IMG/VR virus record: IMGVR_UViG_3300020188_000808
Coordinates: 186,001 to 250,000 of that record
Direction: 5' to 3' (one strand)
DNA length: 64,000 nucleotides
Below the pieces are notes generated by a model that made no database searches, had not been told where the DNA came from, and saw only the letters and a program-made list of their open reading frames with translations. The position numbers and the translations under genes were made by a program. Below are positions 9,328-17,154 of this stretch, in pieces; position 1 is the stretch's first letter; the number at the start of each line of letters is the position of its first letter.

Positions 9328-9766
9328 CTTTCAAATAATCCCTATTATCAATCCACTTGCCATCTTTGACAAAGCCCCAGCTTTGTGCTTTTTTACCCAT
9401 AAAGAACAAACTCCAACATGGAATGTTATTGTTGTTCTTGTCTTTAGCAAGTTCTAACCAATGCAAATCTTTTGCACTTCTAAATCTAATATGTCCTGGC
9501 CCACGCCAAAACTTACCTTCAGGTGTATGTTCCCAATAGCCACCACTTAAAATAATAGCACCCCAACTCCATGGATGATCATGTAGTGTAGGTTCATCGC
9601 TTACAAGAACTTTGTGTAGTGTAATATTAAACGGAAAGTTTTTACGTTCTTTTAAAAATAGATAATAACGGATAAGGTAAGGTACCTTTCCGTCTCTGTC
9701 TGTAATTACTCGACGTCTTCCAAGTTTGTCCATAATCTTAGAAAGGAATGTCATCATCAAATTCAC
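9320..9766 (-). CDS. cupin-fold protein
   Basis: LHDHPW...GGYWE...LHWLEL metal-binding cupin pattern; true start probably 9757 or 9733. Confidence 0.65.
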   Translation of the reverse strand: MNLMMTFLSKIMDKLGRRRVITDRDGKVPYLIRYYLFLKERKNFPFNITLHKVLVSDEPTLHDHPWSWGAIILSGGYWEHTPEGKFWRGPGHIRFRSAKDLHWLELAKDKNNNNIPCWSLFFMGKKAQSWGFVKDGKWIDNRDYLKDA

Positions 9767-10118
9767 CTGCTTCTTTTTTACCTTTGTAATCTTGCTTAAC
9801 TAAATCATACATAGTTTTAAAATTATGCCAAACTATTTTTAGTGCTGGATACTCTTTACACATTTCTGTTATTTCATCTTCGTCTAATGTATTTAGGCCA
9901 ACGTCAGAAAAAAGTGTACTATTAATATCAATACTAGTAATTCCGCCTACTGTTGCACCTGACTGAAATGAGTCATCAAATGAATATGTAACGTCACTCA
10001 TTGTGTTATCAAGGATAAGCCCACTATCTGATGCACTACCAATAGTAATTGTACTTGTACTGCACTGATCGTCAGTACCAATAGTAATTGAATAGTCATC
10101 TTTGTCTTTATCATCCAT
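9738..10118 (-). CDS. acidic protein ending in an SSB-like tail (EFDDDIPF)
   Basis: AAGGA SD before the ATG at 10118; C-terminus read directly. Confidence 0.7.
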   Translation of the reverse strand: MDDKDKDDYSITIGTDDQCSTSTITIGSASDSGLILDNTMSDVTYSFDDSFQSGATVGGITSIDINSTLFSDVGLNTLDEDEITEMCKEYPALKIVWHNFKTMYDLVKQDYKGKKEAGEFDDDIPF

Positions 10119-11157
10119 TACTAATTCCTTTATATAAAGCTCGACCATCAAAGAACTCTTTCTTTAATAGATCTGTTTGTTTTAATAGTGCAGGCAAATA
10201 AGATTCATAATTTTCTACATAGTCAACTAACTGTGCAACTATTTTATCTTTATTAGCTTTGTAGCTTTCAAAAGATTCAGTCCACGCACTAGGATATTTA
10301 AATTTATCAATAGCCATTTCACTATAGCTTAGTCTATCAGGCACCATAGGAAGTGCATTTACTAATGCACCTTCATACCAACTAATGCCAAGTGTTTCTT
10401 GTAGGTTAGCACTAAACACTACTTTTGCTTCACCTAGCAAGTTATGATATTCGTTTTTACTTAATGTTTGTTCTTGACATACTACAAATTCGTATTCAGG
10501 AAGTTGCTCCGCTAAGTCACGGAATATGTCTACTTGCTTCTCCGGTGCTACACGATGTGGGAACAAGACCAAGTCTCGCTTCTGCATACCTTTGTAACTG
10601 TCTAAACTGTTACGCAAATACTCCATAGGCCAACCAACTCTGTGATTCTTGTTTGGATCCATACGTAAACTTTTTGCAAATAGATCAATATGGAATTGTG
10701 TAGCAAAATAGTTATCATCATAACATTCATACATAGAACGTTCTGCATGTCTTACCCAAGGTTTGTCGCCTATTAGTCTACCCAAGAAGTCATGTGGATC
10801 ATAGCTACCAGCATGCCACATACCACCAATGCGAATGTCAACACCCAATAGTTCTGCCATGTAGCGTAGTTGTATAACTGTAGGGTTCCAGGCATCGGTA
10901 TAAAGAAAATAATCACCGTCCTTAATAGTTCCTGCACAGAACATTTCTCCTATTTGTTCTAGTTGTTTACTTTTGTAAACGTTAGTACCACCAAAGTTGA
11001 GAAAAGCCCCAGGCGTTGTAGCCTGAGGCGTTTCCCCTCCACTAATAATCTTTACGTCCATATTTGTAGCACGTTGAAGTTGCTTTGGAAGATATTCTTT
11101 CCATTGCTTAGTATAACGGGTATCTACTGCTTCAATGTCTACAATGTACGTTGTCAT
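10111..11157 (-). CDS. GT-B glycosyltransferase (GT4-like)
   Basis: MWHAG in the N-terminal domain; FPHRVAPEKQ and QETLGISWYEG (EX7E-like) in the C-terminal domain. Confidence 0.8.
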   Translation of the reverse strand: MTTYIVDIEAVDTRYTKQWKEYLPKQLQRATNMDVKIISGGETPQATTPGAFLNFGGTNVYKSKQLEQIGEMFCAGTIKDGDYFLYTDAWNPTVIQLRYMAELLGVDIRIGGMWHAGSYDPHDFLGRLIGDKPWVRHAERSMYECYDDNYFATQFHIDLFAKSLRMDPNKNHRVGWPMEYLRNSLDSYKGMQKRDLVLFPHRVAPEKQVDIFRDLAEQLPEYEFVVCQEQTLSKNEYHNLLGEAKVVFSANLQETLGISWYEGALVNALPMVPDRLSYSEMAIDKFKYPSAWTESFESYKANKDKIVAQLVDYVENYESYLPALLKQTDLLKKEFFDGRALYKGISNG

Positions 11158-11375
11158 TAGTTAGGTTTCCTATTCCGGGTAAACTTACCCTTATTCTTAT
11201 TATCACGATTCTTCCTCAATTTGGAAGGATCTAAATAGAATTGCCATGCTCGGCTATTCTTGTTGTACAAATCTTTTTCATCGAACTTAAAACCGTAGTT
11301 ACGACAAAAAACACGGAACTTATCCAAGTCATCAAAAATTTTGATAATCTCAGGCTTTTCTTCCCAGTACGACAT
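11157..11375 (-). CDS. small basic hypothetical protein
   Basis: 72 aa, GGAG SD, TAATG-coupled to the glycosyltransferase. Confidence 0.65.
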   Translation of the reverse strand: MSYWEEKPEIIKIFDDLDKFRVFCRNYGFKFDEKDLYNKNSRAWQFYLDPSKLRKNRDNKNKGKFTRNRKPN

Positions 11376-11387
11376 TGCTTTACTCCT

Positions 11388-11846
11388 TTAGCTTTTTGCA
11401 TACTCAATATGTGCGCCGTTTTCTCCATCTTCACTAATGTCAATATGAATCTCACGACCGGGGTATTTAGCATTGATCTTTTGGTACAGATCGTCTGCCA
11501 TCATCTCACAACTTTTATAATCTACATTTAGTTCACCTTCATATAGTTTCATTAACCATCGTTTAAATTGAATAAATTCGATATCTCTGTCGTTGTGTGT
11601 TACAGTGATAGCGACCTTAAAATGGAATATGTGTCTGTGGGGATATCCCAAAAACGAAACATCATATTCGTCACCTGTTGCAAGACTAGGATCATCTAGT
11701 GCCGCAGGATACTTATGGATACCTTCTTTAGTAAAAGTAACCCAAATCATTCTTTTTGCGTTGTTCATAAGATCTTTCATGTTTTCTTCTTTAGTCCTTC
11801 TCATCATATAATCATGATGTGATTCGTAGTTGTTATTTGTACTCAT
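11388..11846 (-). CDS. QueD-paralog T-fold protein, candidate CDG decarboxylase (DpdL-like)
   Basis: LGYPHRHIF (LxxxHRHxF) instead of the QueD CxxxHGH motif; DRDIEF and SCEMMA T-fold motifs; true start likely a later Met because the promoter abuts 11846. Confidence 0.75.
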   Translation of the reverse strand: MSTNNNYESHHDYMMRRTKEENMKDLMNNAKRMIWVTFTKEGIHKYPAALDDPSLATGDEYDVSFLGYPHRHIFHFKVAITVTHNDRDIEFIQFKRWLMKLYEGELNVDYKSCEMMADDLYQKINAKYPGREIHIDISEDGENGAHIEYAKS

Positions 11847-11875
11847 AGTATACTATCTTTCGTCCTCATTGTCAA
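11847..11875 (-). promoter_or_regulatory. sigma70 promoter TTGACA-N17-TATACT
   Basis: Read directly; the -35 and spacer lie in the 3' end of the upstream gene. Confidence 0.75.
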
Positions 11876-12401
11876 CCGGATTATCGTTTTCATATTTGGA
11901 CCAATCTGTAAATTTTGAACGGTCTTGTAAGTCATGTACTTGATGAATCCAAACTCCAGCATTAGATGCCTTAAAGTCTTTGTCATCAATTTTAATACAA
12001 GCATTATAGTTTAGTAGATCAATGTAAGGAAGTTTAACACTAATTTGGCTAATAAATTTATTATCTTCGTTGTACCCTGCTTCTATAACATACTCATGAT
12101 ATTTTACATCATAGTCTAATGTAACCATATAACCTTCTTTAAGCAAACCATGTACAAGTGTATCCCATGCCTTGTTAGTAGCATCGTCACCGTGTGGTAA
12201 TTTTATTTGAAAACTTTGATTAGCACCAAGATAGATATGATCAACGTGATGCTTGTGTGCTTGTTCGAGAACTTCATCTAATGGAGGACATCCTACGACA
12301 AATAGTGTATCCATTTCAAATGCTGGTGTTTTTTCTACTTCATAACCAGTAAAGTATACTACATCATCTTTAACTACACCATCTGAATAATCACGTTTCA
12401 T
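11853..12401 (-). CDS. hypothetical protein within the deazaguanine cluster
   Basis: 182-aa ORF; VDHIYLGANQSF and IKIDDKDF segments; family not recognised. Confidence 0.75.
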   Translation of the reverse strand: MKRDYSDGVVKDDVVYFTGYEVEKTPAFEMDTLFVVGCPPLDEVLEQAHKHHVDHIYLGANQSFQIKLPHGDDATNKAWDTLVHGLLKEGYMVTLDYDVKYHEYVIEAGYNEDNKFISQISVKLPYIDLLNYNACIKIDDKDFKASNAGVWIHQVHDLQDRSKFTDWSKYENDNPVDNEDER

Positions 12402-12579
12402 TTTTTGTTAACCTATCAATTTGATCTTTAATTACTAATTTCATTTTTTTAAGTTTTGTTAATAGGGCTTTATGTCCAAAGTCTCTATACATTGTACGTT
12501 CTTTTTCAATCTCGTCAACTTTTTTTGCATAGAATTTATGCTCTTCGGTTAATTTTTTTACAAGTTTTTTTTGTTTCAT
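12391..12579 (-). CDS. small basic coiled-coil protein (DUF465-like)
   Basis: 62 aa, LKKMKLVIKDQI pattern. Confidence 0.55.
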   Translation of the reverse strand: MKQKKLVKKLTEEHKFYAKKVDEIEKERTMYRDFGHKALLTKLKKMKLVIKDQIDRLTKNET

Positions 12580-12584
12580 AATAT

Positions 12585-12613
12585 ATTATAGCACTATAAT
12601 GACTTGTCGTCAA
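12585..12613 (-). promoter_or_regulatory. sigma70 promoter TTGACG-N17-TATAAT
   Basis: Read directly. Confidence 0.75.
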
Positions 12614-13199
12614 GTGCTTCTCCTCCTAAATTGCCATTAAATGCTATTGATATACGTGATGTATTGCTCGTATTATCTCCAACACTATGATTGATCCAAC
12701 CCGGAAAACATACAAGATCACCATCTTTTGGCATCACTGTGTATCTTGTTCCGTTAAAGGGAGTTGGAATTTTGGTTAGTTTATATGGTAATGCATAGTC
12801 CATTAGTCCATGCGGACTAGAAAGAACAAGATTACCACCTTCTGCGGGCGCCTTTACGTAGTATACAGCTGACATAATATGTCCTGGGTGCATATGCATG
12901 TCATTAGTATTAGACCTGCTTGTATTAGGCTTATTAACGTTAATCCAAGCCTGTGTTACTTCTATACGGCAGTTGTCAACAAGTCCTAATAGTTCTGCTT
13001 GTTTATCAAACAATGCTTGTACACGAGCTACAAGAGGTTGCAATATTACGTTAGTAAGATCAAGATGCATACTTTGCCAGTTGTCATTTGTACCTTCTGC
13101 ACTATACAGGCCATGACAAAATGCATACAACGTATCGTTGCTTAGTTCGTTAGCATGTTCATACAAGAAGGGCGTTGCAAAAAGCGATTCTGTATGCAT
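12594..13199 (-). CDS. putative 2OG-Fe(II) oxygenase (TIGR02466-like)
   Basis: HMHPG, SAVYYV, FPGWINHSV, RISIAFN. Confidence 0.85.
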   Translation of the reverse strand: MHTESLFATPFLYEHANELSNDTLYAFCHGLYSAEGTNDNWQSMHLDLTNVILQPLVARVQALFDKQAELLGLVDNCRIEVTQAWINVNKPNTSRSNTNDMHMHPGHIMSAVYYVKAPAEGGNLVLSSPHGLMDYALPYKLTKIPTPFNGTRYTVMPKDGDLVCFPGWINHSVGDNTSNTSRISIAFNGNLGGEALDDKSL

Positions 13200-13208
13200 T
13201 AATAACTC

Positions 13209-14741
13209 CTATAAATTCTCTTCTAAGTTATCTAACTTATCTTCTGATAGTTCAGGTTCGTCTACTGTTGCTGTGTTAGTATCTTCAACTTCAAACAAGT
13301 TTCCAAAGTGTGTACTTGCGTTTACAGTCTTTTTACCTGTTGCACCACGTGTTCCAATAATGGTCATAAAAAACTTTGAATTGTCTTCTATGATTTTGTT
13401 CGCTTTGTCTCTGTCGTCAGTTGCAAATATTGCCTCCACAACATCTCGGAAAAATACCCTGTCAAAACGCTCTTCCACAAGCATGTTCGGAACGACTCCA
13501 TTGTCGTATTGTCTATTCGCTTCTTGTACTGCATTAATATGACTCCATACATTATGACCCATTTGGATCGCATATGAAAAACTATCCCAAGATGTTTTTC
13601 CTTCTTTACCTATTTTATTTAAATCACCAGGTGCATAAATTGTAACATCTTTGGCTTTTAAATCTTGTGTAATAGGTGAATCTTTAAAACTAGTATGTTT
13701 ACCTTCTCTAACAAATGCCTGTCCAAACGGAGTAGTGTCTGTTGCTAGTGCTTTGTTGTCGATACTAGGAACCATTCTATACACCCATTTACTTCTATCC
13801 TGTGTTTCTAATTCACAATATATTTGACCGTTTGCTGTTGCTAAAAATGGAGAAGCACAATCAAATGTAATCATAAAGTTAGGGTTGTGATACTTACGCA
13901 CCGCACGTTGGATATCAGTTAATAGTGTAGCCCACTCCAATTTACTTGTACCTAAGAAGTGCATTACATCATGTAAGCCTGTTTGTAATAGTCCGTCAAA
14001 CCTTAATGCAACTAGACGTTTAAGAACCAAATGCACATCACACATGTTCTGTCCACCCATACTCCAACCATTAAAATGTGTATCAGGATACTTGGCTGGA
14101 TCACAATAGTCTTTCATCTGTTGATACCAATCTTCAGCATCAGCATGATTTTCACCTTGTAGTACGTTTAGGAATTTACAAGCACCACTTCTATTTTTCA
14201 TAAAGAAGTCATTGTTAATACGTGTAGCATTAACGGCATCTTGATAGTTGTCAATACCTGTTGCTTTAGCACCTTCAGGTGAACGTGCCACCCAGGCAGG
14301 GATATCAAGGATCATACCATAGTCCATGTAAGCATCCATCCATGCAAGAACTTGTGTACGTTTTTTCATTGCTTTAGGACAGTTAGGATTCTTCCAGTCG
14401 CCTTCCCAAACACCTTTACCAATTTGGAAACCACCTGAGTCACCAAGTAGCCAACTAGTAGTACGATCTCTGTTACGGATCATATCTTCTTTAGGTGAGT
14501 CCTTGTTGATATCAAGTTCGGCATGTCCTGCTGAATACAAACTCCAATGGTATTGAAACTGTCCGTCTTTACGGTTTAACCAATTAAGACTTTCAACACC
14601 GTTCTTAAAGTTTGCAGGAATACGATTGTATTCTACATATTCGCCTGCTCTTTGTTTACCAACAAACGTAGCATAGAAGCCACTTAGTGCTGGTAAGAAC
14701 GTTGCGTAATCGTTCTGTGCTTTTGTTAAGTCGGTATTCAA
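13209..14741 (-). CDS. dpdA: tRNA-guanine-transglycosylase-like DNA 7-deazaguanine transglycosylase (DpdA/DpdA2-like)
   Basis: TGT motifs in the correct order: DSGGFQ, LDIP, VLQG, MGG, HFLG, FDCAS; clustered with folE, queE and the QueD paralog. Confidence 0.8.
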   Translation of the reverse strand: MNTDLTKAQNDYATFLPALSGFYATFVGKQRAGEYVEYNRIPANFKNGVESLNWLNRKDGQFQYHWSLYSAGHAELDINKDSPKEDMIRNRDRTTSWLLGDSGGFQIGKGVWEGDWKNPNCPKAMKKRTQVLAWMDAYMDYGMILDIPAWVARSPEGAKATGIDNYQDAVNATRINNDFFMKNRSGACKFLNVLQGENHADAEDWYQQMKDYCDPAKYPDTHFNGWSMGGQNMCDVHLVLKRLVALRFDGLLQTGLHDVMHFLGTSKLEWATLLTDIQRAVRKYHNPNFMITFDCASPFLATANGQIYCELETQDRSKWVYRMVPSIDNKALATDTTPFGQAFVREGKHTSFKDSPITQDLKAKDVTIYAPGDLNKIGKEGKTSWDSFSYAIQMGHNVWSHINAVQEANRQYDNGVVPNMLVEERFDRVFFRDVVEAIFATDDRDKANKIIEDNSKFFMTIIGTRGATGKKTVNASTHFGNLFEVEDTNTATVDEPELSEDKLDNLEENL

Positions 14742-14753
14742 ATTATTCTCCTA

Positions 14754-14954
14754 TTATCCAAAGGCTTTAATTGCTAAAAGCGGAACAAGCCAAGGATAAA
14801 CTAAATGTTCTATTAGTTCGTATATTACTAATACTGTTAATAATATTGCCCATAGTTTACTTGTCTTTGCTTTGTTACTAACATATGTAAACACCTTTGA
14901 ATGTGCTTTTCCTATTTTGTCTATTAAGCCTGGCTTTTTATTTTTTTTCGTCAT
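14754..14954 (-). CDS. small membrane protein
   Basis: 66 aa; basic N-terminus, hydrophobic C-terminal half. Confidence 0.6.
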   Translation of the reverse strand: MTKKNKKPGLIDKIGKAHSKVFTYVSNKAKTSKLWAILLTVLVIYELIEHLVYPWLVPLLAIKAFG

Positions 14955-14960
14955 TTATCC

Positions 14961-15692
14961 TTACTTAGTTTGTGCTGGTAGAATATAGTCGTACTGACCT
15001 AAACCACTGTCAACACTTAATGCCATTGCACCTTGATCACTAATCTTCATAGTTACTTTACCATCAAGATTTAAAATAGCTTGTACTTGTGCTACAGGCC
15101 AACTCCAAGCATGTTTCAATTCACTGCCAACTCCGTGTTGGAATACAAATGATCCTGCGTGTTGTGAAGCGTCACCAAAAGTAAACACTAAGTTATCATT
15201 TTCAGTCTTAACTGTAAATGTAGTTTCTTCTGAATGTGCCGCACTTTGCAATTTCATTCTAGTAATTGAAGCCATTGTAGGCTCAATGGTTACGTCCCAA
15301 CTTGCACCTTTAAACTTAACAGTTTTAAGTTTCTCATCAATAATTGCTTTATTCATAAAGCGATAATCGTTTTCAAAGTCACCTGCTTCGTTTTCAAAGT
15401 GTAAGTGTGTTGGCAAAGTTTCGCCGTCTTTTTCTCTAGACTCTACAGTAATCTTTGCTTGTTTTTGATACTCAGGATTCTTTAAGTGTAGTGCTAACTT
15501 GTCTAAGTTAGGCATACCAAAGGTTCCTTTAAATTCGTTTACTGCCGCCTTTGTTGTAGCAGTTAAGATAACACTTCTATCTTCTGCCATTGATTCGATT
15601 GTCGTTGCGGCATCTTCACCAGTAACTTTTACTAAAGTTAAAAATCCTAGTGAATGTGTATGAGCAACAACGTCTTGTAAGATATCTTTCAT
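14961..15692 (-). CDS. sliding clamp (T4 gp45-like)
   Basis: 243 aa, alpha/beta repeat pattern, FGMPNLDKL segment, located near PolB. Confidence 0.7.
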   Translation of the reverse strand: MKDILQDVVAHTHSLGFLTLVKVTGEDAATTIESMAEDRSVILTATTKAAVNEFKGTFGMPNLDKLALHLKNPEYQKQAKITVESREKDGETLPTHLHFENEAGDFENDYRFMNKAIIDEKLKTVKFKGASWDVTIEPTMASITRMKLQSAAHSEETTFTVKTENDNLVFTFGDASQHAGSFVFQHGVGSELKHAWSWPVAQVQAILNLDGKVTMKISDQGAMALSVDSGLGQYDYILPAQTK

Positions 15693-15707
15693 TTTAACAT
15701 TTCTCCA

Positions 15708-16475
15708 TTAGTTATATACATTATATTTAGGTTTTTCTAAAAAGTCAAGCTCTTTCTTGTCTTTTAAGAATTGTATTAGCTCAATTGTTGTTTTCCAACC
15801 CAAGCCTTGTAACACTGATATGTCAGCAACATTATCAGCTCTTTCATTGGGAGTATCCATTTTCATTTGTGGATTCATTCCAAATTCTTTTAAAATACTT
15901 TTTAGTGATTGGCTTTTGCCAGTTCCGATATCAATAACTCCTCTTACATCTTCGTTTTTGATTAATGTAAGTATTGCACTTACAATATCGGCAACATGAA
16001 TAAAGTCTCTTTTATGATTAGTTACGTGTGGTACATCATTGCGTATAATTCGAGGTATTAACATGTTTGGCCTAAGTTCTGAGTTGTTACTGTATATAGT
16101 TGTAAATCTCATGCCTAGACTTGATTGTGGTGCAATGCGTTCAACTGTATGTTTAGTTAATGCATACGGATTTCTATTAGGTTCTTTTGCAGTACTTGAA
16201 CTAGCATACAGTATTCTAGTATTTTTAAAATGGTCAAATAATCTTTTAGTTGCTAGTACGTTATGTTGAAAATACAAATCAGGTTCTTCTAAACTTCTTA
16301 GTATTCCGCTTTCGCCTGCAAGATGAATTACTAGATCAACATCGAAGTCTAACGAACAGTCTAGTAAGTTATTACCGTCTTTTAAATCAATACCAATAAC
16401 ACGATGGTCTTTGGTTAGAGCAGTATACAACTCTGTTCCAACCATACCTTTATGTCCTGTTAGTAGTATCCTCAT
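15708..16475 (-). CDS. NAD-dependent epimerase/dehydratase (extended SDR)
   Basis: LTGHKGMVG Rossmann motif, HLAG, ASSS, YALTK (YxxxK), RDFIHV. Confidence 0.9.
   Translation of the reverse strand: MRILLTGHKGMVGTELYTALTKDHRVIGIDLKDGNNLLDCSLDFDVDLVIHLAGESGILRSLEEPDLYFQHNVLATKRLFDHFKNTRILYASSSTAKEPNRNPYALTKHTVERIAPQSSLGMRFTTIYSNNSELRPNMLIPRIIRNDVPHVTNHKRDFIHVADIVSAILTLIKNEDVRGVIDIGTGKSQSLKSILKEFGMNPQMKMDTPNERADNVADISVLQGLGWKTTIELIQFLKDKKELDFLEKPKYNVYN
15720..15748 (-). promoter_or_regulatory. sigma70 promoter TTGACT-N17-TATAAT upstream of clamp and dpdA
   Basis: Read directly; inside the epimerase 3' end. Confidence 0.75.
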
Positions 16476-17017
16476 CGAGATTTAACTCCAAAGTGTTTAT
16501 AGGTTGATTGTACACACTTAGCTTGATAGTAACAGTCTGCTAATGCATTATGTAATTCTTCTTGTATTGCTTTACGAGGATCTGTAGGCATCATAGCAAA
16601 CAATGTTCTACTGTCTCTAATCTGCCAAAAGTTCCATGGACACGGCTTACCAACGCCTTTGTATAAGTTTTGTAAAATAGCATAATCAAACAATGGACCT
16701 TGACACCAAAGTTGATCTACTCCTACACAAAATTTATTAATTGCTTTTGTAAGTTGCTCCATGTTCACACGATCTTTGTGTTCACCAAATGCTTCTTCTC
16801 TAATCTTAGGATCTTGTTTACCCCACCATTCAAGTGTATTGTCATCTATTGTACGATGATACTTTTCACTTTGTTCTTCAATGTCGCAACGTAGATACAA
16901 TCCTGAGTGCGGATCTTCATCTGTATACGGGTCGAATTTAATAGCACCGAGTGTTATGATAACACTATCTGGCTCAACGCCAAGTGTTTCTAAATCTATC
17001 ATTCCATGTACAGCCAT
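16472..17017 (-). CDS. DEDDh 3'-5' exonuclease (DexA / RNase AS-like)
   Basis: MIDLETLG, QGPLFD, HNALADC. Confidence 0.88.
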   Translation of the reverse strand: MAVHGMIDLETLGVEPDSVIITLGAIKFDPYTDEDPHSGLYLRCDIEEQSEKYHRTIDDNTLEWWGKQDPKIREEAFGEHKDRVNMEQLTKAINKFCVGVDQLWCQGPLFDYAILQNLYKGVGKPCPWNFWQIRDSRTLFAMMPTDPRKAIQEELHNALADCYYQAKCVQSTYKHFGVKSR

Positions 17018-17018
17018 A

Positions 17019-17144
17019 TTAAATTACCTTCACTAAAATTACTATTTGAAGTATTAGCACAGCAATTGGAACAACAGTTCTAATTAGTTCCATAGTGTGA
17101 TTATACTCGTCAAGTTTTCTTTCAAGTTTATTTCTTCTTGCCAT
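17019..17144 (-). CDS. small membrane peptide
   Basis: MARRNKLERK...hydrophobic C-terminus; start after AGAAAGG just downstream of the polB stop. Confidence 0.5.
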   Translation of the reverse strand: MARRNKLERKLDEYNHTMELIRTVVPIAVLILQIVILVKVI

Positions 17145-17154
17145 AATCGCCTTT

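Noticed and set aside
11388-11846. Calling this ORF canonical QueD
   Set aside because: It lacks the catalytic CxxxHGH motif; kept as a QueD paralog, DpdL-like.
13209-14741. Calling this ORF a bacterial tRNA-modifying Tgt
   Set aside because: It lacks the CxCxxC...H zinc site, is longer and divergent, and sits among DNA replication genes.
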